DNA from: an uncultured virus (IMG/VR IMGVR_UViG_3300031519_004497)
Taxonomy: Duplodnaviria > Heunggongvirae > Uroviricota > Caudoviricetes
Reading direction: 5' to 3' (one strand)
DNA length: 64,000 nucleotides
Virus record (IMG/VR): IMGVR_UViG_3300031519_004497
How positions within the stretch are numbered: the first letter of the stretch is position 1; each line of letters begins with the position of its first letter. The notes beneath the pieces are model-generated. The model had not been told where the DNA came from. It saw only the letters and a program-made list of their open reading frames with translations, and searched no databases. Below, piece by piece: positions 1-7,186 of the stretch. Position numbers and translations under genes: made by a program.

Positions 1-174
1 GGCACATTTTGCCTATGCCTTGCTCCATTTATCATTGATACACCAGCGGGTAAAATGCTGGCAATGCTAGGGCTTACGCTACTATGTTTGCAGGCAGCGC
101 ATAAATCGTGCTATAATCTGCTAATCTTAAACACAATTGGAATAATAGGATATACATATGCTTTATATATTTGA
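1..174 (+). CDS. Partial small membrane protein (5' end outside window)
   Basis: Frame +1 is open from base 1: GTFCLCLAPFIIDTPAGKMLAMLGLTLLCLQ...LLILNTIGIIGYTYALYI*. Hydrophobic, and its stop overlaps the start of the next gene. Not in the ORF track. Confidence 0.55.
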   Translation, partial: GTFCLCLAPFIIDTPAGKMLAMLGLTLLCLQAAHKSCYNLLILNTIGIIGYTYALYI

Positions 175-643
175 TCTTGATCACACTACCATTGACAGCT
201 CCCACCGTTCGCATACGCTGGACGGCGGCGCTCTTAACCTTGACGCATGGCGCGAGAATTCAACGCCTGAGATGATAGCGCGTGATTCGCTGCTACCGCT
301 CGGCGAACAATGGCGCGACATGGTAGCGCGAGGGCTGGAAGGAACTCACGTTAAGATTGCCATCATTACCGCTCGCGTAATGGGCGCTGCTGATTTGCAA
401 TATCTGGATGATAACGGGCTGGCTTACGATTATATCTATTCGCGTAACGAAGGCGATAGCACTCCAGATTATGAACTCAAGAGAATCGCCCTGTATAAGC
501 TGGCGCGGGATATGGGGCGCTCTATGAGATGGCTTCAAAATTTCGCATGGTTTTACGATGACAATCTAGGCGTGATCGAAATGGGTTCCAATCTGGGAAT
601 CAACATGGTAAACTCTACTCTTTACAATCAAAAGGCACTATAA
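158..643 (+). CDS. HAD-superfamily phosphatase (PNKP 3'-phosphatase/nucleotidase-like)
   Basis: N-terminal IFDLDHT (DxD motif I), IITAR (motif II), FYDD (motif IV). Confidence 0.75.
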   Translation: MLYIFDLDHTTIDSSHRSHTLDGGALNLDAWRENSTPEMIARDSLLPLGEQWRDMVARGLEGTHVKIAIITARVMGAADLQYLDDNGLAYDYIYSRNEGDSTPDYELKRIALYKLARDMGRSMRWLQNFAWFYDDNLGVIEMGSNLGINMVNSTLYNQKAL

Positions 644-1303
644 ATGAACAAGCATTACTACTTAATCGTTGACACCGAAACAACGCAAAAAAATACGGTA
701 GCTGATTTCGGCGCGGTTATAACTGACCGCTCTGGCGCGATCATCGAACAATTCGGCGTTTTGCTAGACGGGCATTTTGGAAGCATCGATTTATTCGCTG
801 ACTATCGCGCTCCTGCTGATTCGCTTTGGTCTACTCAAGCCGCACATCGCCGCGAAAAAGACTACCGCAAAATGGTAAAACGCGGATCACGCTCTATTGC
901 GTCACCCGCTCACGTTCAGCTCTGGCTGGCTAGAATTCTCGGACAATACAACCCGATTGTCACCGCGTATAATCTAGCATTCGATTTCGGCAAATGCGCG
1001 AATACTGGGATTGATTTGGGCATTTTCTCACAGCGTTTTTGTCTAATGAAAGCCGCATTTAATACAATCTGCGAACTGCCAGAATATGACTATTTTTGCC
1101 GATTGCATCATCACATCACGCCAACAGGTAAACTGAGGCGCTCTGCTGACGCGGTTGCTAAATTTGTAGCGCGAGATTTCCACAACTCGCTACAAGACGA
1201 GCCGCATACTGCTCTGGAAGATGCGCGAGATTATGAGGCGCTTATTTTGCACGAGATTCTAAAAACGCATACGCGCAAGCAACTACTGGAGGCTGGCAAA
1301 TGA
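644..1303 (+). CDS. DEDDh 3'-5' exonuclease
   Basis: IVDTETT (ExoI), AYNLAFD (ExoII), HTALEDARD (ExoIII). Confidence 0.85.
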   Translation: MNKHYYLIVDTETTQKNTVADFGAVITDRSGAIIEQFGVLLDGHFGSIDLFADYRAPADSLWSTQAAHRREKDYRKMVKRGSRSIASPAHVQLWLARILGQYNPIVTAYNLAFDFGKCANTGIDLGIFSQRFCLMKAAFNTICELPEYDYFCRLHHHITPTGKLRRSADAVAKFVARDFHNSLQDEPHTALEDARDYEALILHEILKTHTRKQLLEAGK

Positions 1304-1404
1304 AACAAAAAATTGCACTATATTTATTTCGGGCTTATATGGTATACTCCATTACAGCCGATATACTTTTACTTTCTGGCATAGGATACTTGATATTTAA
1401 ATGA
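1300..1404 (+). CDS. Small hydrophobic protein (34 aa)
   Basis: MKQKIALYLFRAYMVYSITADILLLSGIGYLIFK*; ATGA overlaps with both neighbours. Confidence 0.6.
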   Translation: MKQKIALYLFRAYMVYSITADILLLSGIGYLIFK

Positions 1405-1991
1405 AAAAATTACTAGCAAAATTAAACGAATTCGCATCTTCTAATACTGGCAAAATTGCCATTGTATTAGAGGGGCGCGACACTGCCGGAAAATCTAGCA
1501 CTATTCGGGAATTGACTCACTACCTAAACCCTGCGTGGTATTCGGTTGTCCCCTCAACGAAACCGTCCAAGCGCACCATGAAAAATTGGTTAGGTTTCTG
1601 GACTGGTAAAATGCCATCCGATAACCAAATCGTTTTCTATGATCGAAGCTGGTATTCTCGCGCTATGGTTCAATACGTCAATGGATGGTGCAGCGAAAAG
1701 CAATACCGGAATTTTCTAGCGAACCATCTCGAATGGGAAGCGGCGCAAAATGTCACCTTCCTAAAATTCTGGCTTTCCATTAGTGAAACCGAGCAACGGG
1801 CGCGCATTGTTTCACGTGAAACGTCGCCGCTAACCTATTGGAAATTTTCACAGAATGACAAAAATGCGCTTTCCTATTATGAGAAAATTTCAATCCTAAA
1901 AGAGCGGGTCGTGAATGATGAATGGCACACCATTGATTACAATGATAAGCCTTCTGGGATCGAAAAGTTATTGAGAACCATTCTCATTTAG
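1401..1991 (+). CDS. ppk2: Polyphosphate kinase 2 (compact)
   Basis: Walker A IVLEGRDTAGKSSTIR, Walker B FYDRSWY, FLKFWLSISETEQRAR and PLTYWKFS lid region. Confidence 0.9.
   Translation: MKKLLAKLNEFASSNTGKIAIVLEGRDTAGKSSTIRELTHYLNPAWYSVVPSTKPSKRTMKNWLGFWTGKMPSDNQIVFYDRSWYSRAMVQYVNGWCSEKQYRNFLANHLEWEAAQNVTFLKFWLSISETEQRARIVSRETSPLTYWKFSQNDKNALSYYEKISILKERVVNDEWHTIDYNDKPSGIEKLLRTILI
1808..1823. promoter_or_regulatory. parS-like ParB-binding palindrome inside ppk2
   Basis: TGTTTCACGTGAAACG matches the bacterial parS consensus TGTTTCACGTGAAACA at 15/16. Confidence 0.55.
1970..1988. promoter_or_regulatory. Fur-box-like inverted repeat
   Basis: ATTGAGAACCATTCTCATT; core TGAGAAC-C-ATTCTCA resembles the 7-1-7 TGATAAT-N-ATTATCA. 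Confidence 0.4.
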
Positions 1992-2287
1992 AGAACCTGG
2001 AACTACTATGATTTCAAATGATTATACCCCCATGCCATCATCATTTCAAATGATGACCGGGGTTTTTGGCGCGGGGGCGCCAGTGCGAAAGCGAGAACTT
2101 TTTGCACCCCACCTGCAAATAAAGTTTTAGACAATTTGGACCGAATGTGGTAGTCTTTTCTGAGACAATCGGCGCGGGGGCGCCAGTGCGAAAGCAACCA
2201 CTATTTGCGGCAGGGGTGCAAATAAAGTTTTACACTGTTTGGAGCAAAGGGGCAAGTCTTTCTTGTGAATTTAGGCGCGCCGGCGCC

Positions 2288-2316
2288 AGTATAAAGCCGA
2301 TGAGTATAAATGTCAA
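2288..2316 (-). promoter_or_regulatory. sigma70-like promoter within the repeat (leftward)
   Basis: Reverse strand TTGACA-17nt-TATACT. Confidence 0.6.
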
Positions 2317-2369
2317 GCCTTTTTGTGACCATTGGTGCAAATAATTTAAATTGGGGCAGTCTCTGCGCC

Positions 2370-2398
2370 AGTATAAAGCCGACGAGTATAAAAGTCAA
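2370..2398 (-). promoter_or_regulatory. sigma70-like promoter within the second repeat copy (leftward)
   Basis: Reverse strand TTGACT-17nt-TATACT. Confidence 0.55.
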
Positions 2399-2565
2399 GC
2401 CTTTTCTGCGCATTTGCGCAAATTAAAGAAAACAAAGGATAGTCTTGCGGCGGGGACGCAAATCTGGTATAATTTGGGCAAAGCGAAGAAAATTCTTGAC
2501 ATCGAGACCCCGTCCGGCCCCCCGGAATAACTTTGCGTTTTTTTCACGAAAGGAGCAGAAAGATG

Positions 2566-2594
2566 TTGACAACAAAGGTGAATGCTTGTATAAT
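2566..2594 (+). promoter_or_regulatory. Early sigma70 promoter
   Basis: TTGACA-17-TATAAT. Confidence 0.85.
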
Positions 2595-2632
2595 TATCCC
2601 ATATTCAGAAACAAGACCAAGCAGGAATAAAT

Positions 2633-2881
2633 ATGATCGACCGATATGTACCCTCACAGAAGAGGCAGGAAGAGGTAGCAACGCAGACTGTAAAGCGCCC
2701 AACTTATATGGTTCTATTTGATATTGCTGACGGTGCGTTTGAACTCTATACCAGAGGCGAATGGGCTGTACAATACCTAACATGGGTTAGGGAGCTAGAC
2801 TGGGACGAAGATGCTGACCATAGCGACGAAGAAGTAGTCGAAGCGATTGGTGGGGACGAATGGTTTATAACGCAGGTATAG
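2633..2881 (+). CDS. Hypothetical protein
   Basis: ORF with AGGA RBS directly downstream of the promoter. Confidence 0.65.
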   Translation: MIDRYVPSQKRQEEVATQTVKRPTYMVLFDIADGAFELYTRGEWAVQYLTWVRELDWDEDADHSDEEVVEAIGGDEWFITQV

Positions 2882-2882
2882 C

Positions 2883-3311
2883 ATGAGAGTAAAGGTAAAA
2901 AGATCACTAACGCCGTGGACTAAGAAGCGTAAAGCATTAGTACAAGATGCCCTAAAGTGGGGCATTGCGTACTTGGGCGATACTGAAGGTGTGCGGCTAA
3001 ATGTAATCCTAACCGGCGAGTGTAGCGATACGCTTGGGGACGCTTACTATGACGACGTAAGTACCTGTACTATAAGGTTAAACGACCACTCTAAAGAAAG
3101 TAGAAATAGGGTTCTTAGAACCTTATTCCATGAGATGTGGCACATAAGGCAGTACCTACACGAAGGACTTAGTGTGGAAGCTGGAGGGGCAGAGTTTAAA
3201 GGTAAAACGTGGAAAAGCGATTACTGGGACGCACCTTGGGAAGTAGACGCACGAAGAATGGAAAAGAAATTAGTAGCAAAGTACAACAAATATCTTGACA
3301 ATAATGGCTAA
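2883..3311 (+). CDS. Putative zinc metallopeptidase-like protein
   Basis: TLFHEMWHIRQY (HExxH) followed by YWDAPWEVDAR. Confidence 0.7.
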   Translation: MRVKVKRSLTPWTKKRKALVQDALKWGIAYLGDTEGVRLNVILTGECSDTLGDAYYDDVSTCTIRLNDHSKESRNRVLRTLFHEMWHIRQYLHEGLSVEAGGAEFKGKTWKSDYWDAPWEVDARRMEKKLVAKYNKYLDNNG

Positions 3312-3323
3312 AGCCGATATAAT
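3295..3323 (+). promoter_or_regulatory. Early sigma70 promoter
   Basis: TTGACA-17-TATAAT. Confidence 0.85.
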
Positions 3324-3370
3324 ATACACATACGCGAAACAACGAACTAACAACTTTTAAGGGAAATTTT

Positions 3371-3709
3371 ATGACTACGACTATGACAGCAACACAAAGC
3401 AACAACTATCCACAAGCTATGATCGACACTATGGTAGCACGCTATACAGAAACTCCTGTGCGAGCTACAGTTGACACTCTCGCAGTAGAGTTCGACAAGA
3501 CTCCACGCAGCGTTATAGCTAAGCTATCTGCACTCGGTGTATATGTAGCGGCAGCTAAGCCTACAAAGCGACCTGCTAAAGTGACCAAGGCAGACTTGGT
3601 AGCTACCATCGAGCAAGGGCTTGGTATCGAGTTCCAAAGCCTCGGCAAAGCTGGGTTTGGTGACCTGACAGCACTTGTGCTGGCAATCGAGACGCTCAAA
3701 GCGTCCTAG
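3371..3709 (+). CDS. T5 A2/D3-like HTH DNA-binding protein
   Basis: TVDTLAVEFDKTPRSVIAKLSALGVY, paralogous to 5546-5860 and 16658-17089. Confidence 0.6.
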   Translation: MTTTMTATQSNNYPQAMIDTMVARYTETPVRATVDTLAVEFDKTPRSVIAKLSALGVYVAAAKPTKRPAKVTKADLVATIEQGLGIEFQSLGKAGFGDLTALVLAIETLKAS

Positions 3710-3722
3710 TAGGAATGATGAT

Positions 3723-3738
3723 GGGAGCTTCGGCTCCC
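3723..3738 (+). terminator. Stable hairpin (terminator or processing site) before the tRNA
   Basis: GGGAGC-TTCG-GCTCCC; weak U tract. Confidence 0.45.
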
Positions 3739-3752
3739 TAAGTCAGTGAAGA

Positions 3753-3826
3753 AGGTCAGTGATGTAAAGGTAGCATAACGATTTCCAAAGTCGTTTGTTG
3801 GGGTTCGAATCCCTACTGGCCTGCCA
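3753..3826 (+). tRNA. trnW: tRNA-Trp(CCA)
   Basis: Acceptor stem AGGTCAG/CTGGCCT, anticodon arm ACGAT-TTCCAAA-GTCGT, T-loop TTCGAAT, G discriminator, encoded CCA. Confidence 0.93.
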
Positions 3827-3850
3827 ATTAATTAAAAGAGGAACATACTT

Positions 3851-4258
3851 ATGATCTCGCAAGGTGCTAAAGCTGTACAATCAGGGCAAAAGCTCGAAGT
3901 ATTAGTTGAATATATTATAGCAGAGGAGGGGTATACCTCTGAGCAGCAAGTTAAGTTTACAGACTGTTACAACAATTCTAGGTCGAAAATGGACTTCTAT
4001 GTCCCAGAATTAGACTTAGCTATTGAGTGTAAAAGACAAATGGTTAGCGGTACAGCCGACCAGAAACTACCCTTTGTAGTAGCAAATCTTGCTATGTTTC
4101 CCTCGCAGAAAGGGCTACTGGTTCTCGATGGAGACCACTACCACAAGCGTGCTGGTATAGCTATGTACTTAAACAGTCAAATTTCGGAGACTTTCGACTG
4201 GTGTTTTGCAGAGGACTTTGCAGAGAAGATAGGAGGTGCAGATGTACTGGGAAAATAA
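3851..4258 (+). CDS. PD-(D/E)XK nuclease family protein
   Basis: GQKLE...MDFYVP...AIECKRQ..SGTADQK. Confidence 0.7.
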   Translation: MISQGAKAVQSGQKLEVLVEYIIAEEGYTSEQQVKFTDCYNNSRSKMDFYVPELDLAIECKRQMVSGTADQKLPFVVANLAMFPSQKGLLVLDGDHYHKRAGIAMYLNSQISETFDWCFAEDFAEKIGGADVLGK

Positions 4259-4586
4259 TAAAATTAGGGAAGTGTTCGGCACAGAAATAGCGGGCGTTGT
4301 GAGAGCATTAGAAGGCGCGTGTGCGGAACCTATCTACGGAAAAACCCGTGAAGGTATTGACAGTACCGCATCTACCATGTACCAAGTCGACACTGAAATG
4401 AACGTAGGCTTGGTTGACGTTCAAGCGATAGTACGGGAAGCATTTGGTAGGCCGGTAGGCTGTAACCATTCGTATGACTGTTGTGGATGCTGGTTTAGGC
4501 TGAGCATCGAAGTAGTAGAACGAGAAAAGGAGCGTAGTAGAGCTAGGTCGTTCTATATCATAGAAACGTGGGCTAGAAACGTATAG
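4242..4586 (+). CDS. Hypothetical protein with Cys/His cluster
   Basis: AGGAGG RBS; CNHSYDCCGCW motif. Confidence 0.6.
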   Translation: MYWENNKIREVFGTEIAGVVRALEGACAEPIYGKTREGIDSTASTMYQVDTEMNVGLVDVQAIVREAFGRPVGCNHSYDCCGCWFRLSIEVVEREKERSRARSFYIIETWARNV

Positions 4587-4606
4587 TACCTAACCGAAAA
4601 TAATTC

Positions 4607-4635
4607 TTGACATTTTGGTAAAGTACTGATATAAT
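4607..4635 (+). promoter_or_regulatory. Early sigma70 promoter
   Basis: AAATAATTC-TTGACA-17-TATAAT. Confidence 0.85.
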
Positions 4636-4641
4636 ATCTTT

Positions 4642-4945
4642 TCAAATTTAGTAAGAAACCGATCCCCGTCAAGGGGCGACCCTACCCTTTCAGGGGTCAT
4701 AAAAGTGTATGGTGAAAGGGAGATTGAGTCCATCTGATTGAGACTTGGGGCCAGTTTAGTTCGCTAACGTGGAGTTCACCCCCTGACGGTATTTAAAGAG
4801 CTATCATGCACAAGCGAATTCTTTATACCCGATACAACGAACCACTAGAGGGACTGCCGGGTATCAGGCAGAGTTAAGGAGCGCAGGAGGGGCGAATTAA
4901 CACCATCCAAAACCACTACTTGAGCAATTGAGTAGTGGTTTTTTT
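4642..4945 (+). ncRNA. Candidate structured non-coding RNA
   Basis: ORF-free unit bounded by a promoter and a terminator; long-range pairing 4666-4676 with 4779-4789 and several internal hairpins. Confidence 0.55.
4909..4945 (+). terminator. Intrinsic terminator
   Basis: AAAACCACTACT...AGTAGTGGTTTT followed by a T run. Confidence 0.85.
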
Positions 4946-4966
4946 ATGGGTGAGCCAAAATAATTC

Positions 4967-4995
4967 TTGACAAATGTGGTATTTCGTGAGATAAT
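4967..4995 (+). promoter_or_regulatory. Early sigma70 promoter
   Basis: TTGACA-17-GATAAT. Confidence 0.75.
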
Positions 4996-5133
4996 AATCA
5001 AGATAAAAAAATTAAGAGGAGAATTTTATGCTTAGAAAGACCAAGCACCCTTTTGTACCCACACCTTTTCGCAAGGTAGGTACGATATTTATCGAAACGG
5101 GAATAAGACCTGTACAGAAAAAAGGAGAAAAAG

Positions 5134-5559
5134 ATGTCAAATGTAGTAGAGTTTCCAATTCAACCGAAAGTAGAAGTTTTAGCCGAACAGATAACCACTC
5201 TACAGGAGAGCCTGTTATCGAGGTTTGACCAGCTAACGGATCACTATGTAGCCTCACGACAGTTAGAAACCGAATGTAATGAGCTACAGGAGCGGTATGA
5301 TACGCTGGTAATGAAGTATGCTGCGGCTGTGGGAGAAGAGAATCTACCTCTAGGAATTATGGAATATTGTACTAAAGTGATAGCAAGTTTTGATGCCGAT
5401 ACTAGTGAGATTTCGTTTGCTTTAGAAGACGAAACAGCAATGGCAGGTGAAGACCCCGTGGAGAGACCTAAGACGGGAGATAAGGCTGTGGACGACATAA
5501 CTGAGTTCATGGATTCTATAACTAACTTTTTAAGGAAAAAGATGGATGAACTACACTGA
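5134..5559 (+). CDS. Hypothetical acidic coiled-coil protein
   Basis: AGGAG RBS; 141-aa ORF. Confidence 0.7.
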   Translation: MSNVVEFPIQPKVEVLAEQITTLQESLLSRFDQLTDHYVASRQLETECNELQERYDTLVMKYAAAVGEENLPLGIMEYCTKVIASFDADTSEISFALEDETAMAGEDPVERPKTGDKAVDDITEFMDSITNFLRKKMDELH

Positions 5560-5860
5560 GTTAAGCACTAAGTACATGGTGCAGGAGTATACAGCTGACC
5601 CTAGTAGGGAAACAGTTGAAAAACTAGCCGAAGAGCTAGATAAGAGTATAAAATCGGTGATAGGTAAACTCTCCAGAGAAGGAGTATATCGCCGTGAAAT
5701 CTATAAAACTAAGTCAGGTGAGACTCCTGTAACCAAAGTAGAAATTGTATCAAGTATAGCAGAATCGCTGGGTCTCGACGGGGATACACTCCTTGGGCTA
5801 GACAAAGCACCTAAAAACACACTTAAATTATTGGAAAAGGGTATCAATGGAGTCGTTTAA
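5546..5860 (+). CDS. T5 A2/D3-like HTH DNA-binding protein
   Basis: ETVEKLAEELDKSIKSVIGKLSREGVY motif shared with its paralogs. Confidence 0.65.
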   Translation: MNYTELSTKYMVQEYTADPSRETVEKLAEELDKSIKSVIGKLSREGVYRREIYKTKSGETPVTKVEIVSSIAESLGLDGDTLLGLDKAPKNTLKLLEKGINGVV

Positions 5861-6101
5861 TTTGTACGTCAAACTCATGGAAGAGTGCGGTGAGGTAGTA
5901 AGAGCAGCTTCTAAAGTCTTAAAGCGGGGTCGCCACGGGGTTGAAAAGCAACAATTATCAGAAGAGATAGGAGATGTGGCAGCTTGTATAGAGTTATTAC
6001 AGCAGCGAGATCTACTTGATGGGCCATCTATGAGAAGAAAACAGCTAAGGACGTTAAGTAAGTACTCAAACTACTTTGACGAAAATGGCTCAGTAAAGTA
6101 A
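5847..6101 (+). CDS. MazG-like NTP pyrophosphohydrolase
   Basis: KLMEECGEV...EEIGDV (ExxE...ExxD). Confidence 0.7.
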   Translation: MESFNLYVKLMEECGEVVRAASKVLKRGRHGVEKQQLSEEIGDVAACIELLQQRDLLDGPSMRRKQLRTLSKYSNYFDENGSVK

Positions 6102-6103
6102 CT

Positions 6104-6374
6104 ATGTGGCAAAAAATCCTAGACTGCTTCTTTGTAGTCGTAATCCTAATCTACTTTGGCTGTATAGCAGCAGTCTTAGTAGGTTCACTATTGAGTTTAA
6201 TACTATGAACATTGATTATTGTATACTAGCACTTTTCTTCCTATTTCCAGTTGCAACCCTTATAATGGGAGTAGTATTATGAACGAATTTCTAGAAACTT
6301 TTCTAATGAGTTTAACTCTAATAATCCTGGGTTCTCTAATACTTGTCCCTATCCTAGTCCTGTTCACGCTCTAG
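6104..6374 (+). CDS. Three tandem tiny transmembrane peptides (6104-6208, 6205-6282, 6279-6374)
   Basis: Hydrophobic ORFs of 34, 25 and 31 aa linked by ATGA overlaps; below the ORF-track cutoff. Confidence 0.6.
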
Positions 6375-6727
6375 TCCCAATCTTCGCAAATTAACCCAAA
6401 GGAATAAGGTCAAAGAGAGGCTTTTTCATCGCGGGTTTGGCATAATTAAAACGAATTCCCAGAAACATCGTTTGTTCTTTTGTATATAGCAAAGTATTTG
6501 ATTTATCCGGTGCATAACGATTTGTCGAAAGTTCATTACCGGTTTTAGTACAATAGTTATTGGGATTATGCTGACTCAATAGAAACTTCAATAATCTTAT
6601 GGAGTCGTAGATAGGAAGCTCCCTTAATTCCGCTTCCCCTACAATTGCATAAATATTTCAATCTATTCTCTTCAGCATTGGTTGTAATAATTGTCGTTTG
6701 ACTTGATTGCTTATCAATTTAGTGTTT

Positions 6728-6756
6728 ATTTTATCACACTTTTTGGCATCCGTAAA
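6728..6756 (-). promoter_or_regulatory. Leftward sigma70-like promoter
   Basis: Reverse strand AAATAGTAC-TTTACG-17-TAAAAT. Confidence 0.5.
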
Positions 6757-6855
6757 GTACTATTTTTGCTTACCTATATGACTTCTCTTGAGTGGTCGGC
6801 TTATAGCTAACGTAAATTAATTTCATATTTCTATGTAGGAGACGGAAAAAAGTGC

Positions 6856-6884
6856 TTGACAGAAATGTCAAAAGCCGATATAAT
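6856..6884 (+). promoter_or_regulatory. Early sigma70 promoter
   Basis: TTGACA-17-TATAAT. Confidence 0.85.
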
Positions 6885-6891
6885 AATTCCC

Positions 6892-7173
6892 ATGAAAAAG
6901 AAATTTATACTAGACAATGTAGAAGTTAGTAGTGACACTATGGATGAGCTTATGGCCAATGCACAAGGTTTAGCTGCGGGATTAATGACTAAGTACGATG
7001 CAAATCCTCTCGTTATAGCCGGAACCTTTGCTGCCCTCGCCCTGCAGATCTATAGAAGTTCACTCACTCGCGAAGACTACGACAGTCTTGTAGATGCTAT
7101 ATCAGAACACAGAGACGAAGTAAAGACCTTTCCAGTTTTTCTGGAAGACGATGACGACCGAGTAGTACACTAA
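6892..7173 (+). CDS. Hypothetical protein (probably leaderless)
   Basis: The ORF-track TTG start lies inside the -35 box; the ATG at 6892 is 7 nt after the -10. Confidence 0.7.
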   Translation: MKKKFILDNVEVSSDTMDELMANAQGLAAGLMTKYDANPLVIAGTFAALALQIYRSSLTREDYDSLVDAISEHRDEVKTFPVFLEDDDDRVVH

Positions 7174-7186
7174 CTAGGAGTATACA

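Larger units (their letters stand above)
2038..2530. repeat. Repeat/palindrome cluster, putative injection-stop-signal-like region
   Basis: 25-bp direct repeat GGCGCGGGGGCGCCAGTGCGAAAGC at 2068 and 2171, with a variant at 2274 (103-bp period); ~41-bp repeat at 2283 and 2365; palindromes at 2038-2056 and 2412-2423; no convincing ORF. Confidence 0.75.

Noticed and set aside
88..117. TTGCAG-18-TATAAT promoter
   Set aside because: Lies inside an open membrane-protein frame and has imperfect spacing; may be coincidental
2068..2410. CRISPR array
   Set aside because: Only 2-3 degenerate copies, the 'spacers' are themselves similar, the period is 103/82 bp, and there are no cas genes
2006..2783. 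Short ORFs across the repeat region
   Set aside because: No RBS, mostly non-ATG starts, overlapping repeats and promoters
4880..4887. T5-type nick-site motif (RGCGCRGG), also within the 2068/2171 repeats
   Set aside because: Too short to distinguish from chance without nick mapping
4673..4905. tmRNA (GGGGCGAC...CACCA) or RNase P RNA
   Set aside because: No T-arm or acceptor-stem pairing and no RNase P conserved motifs recognised; kept as an unknown ncRNA
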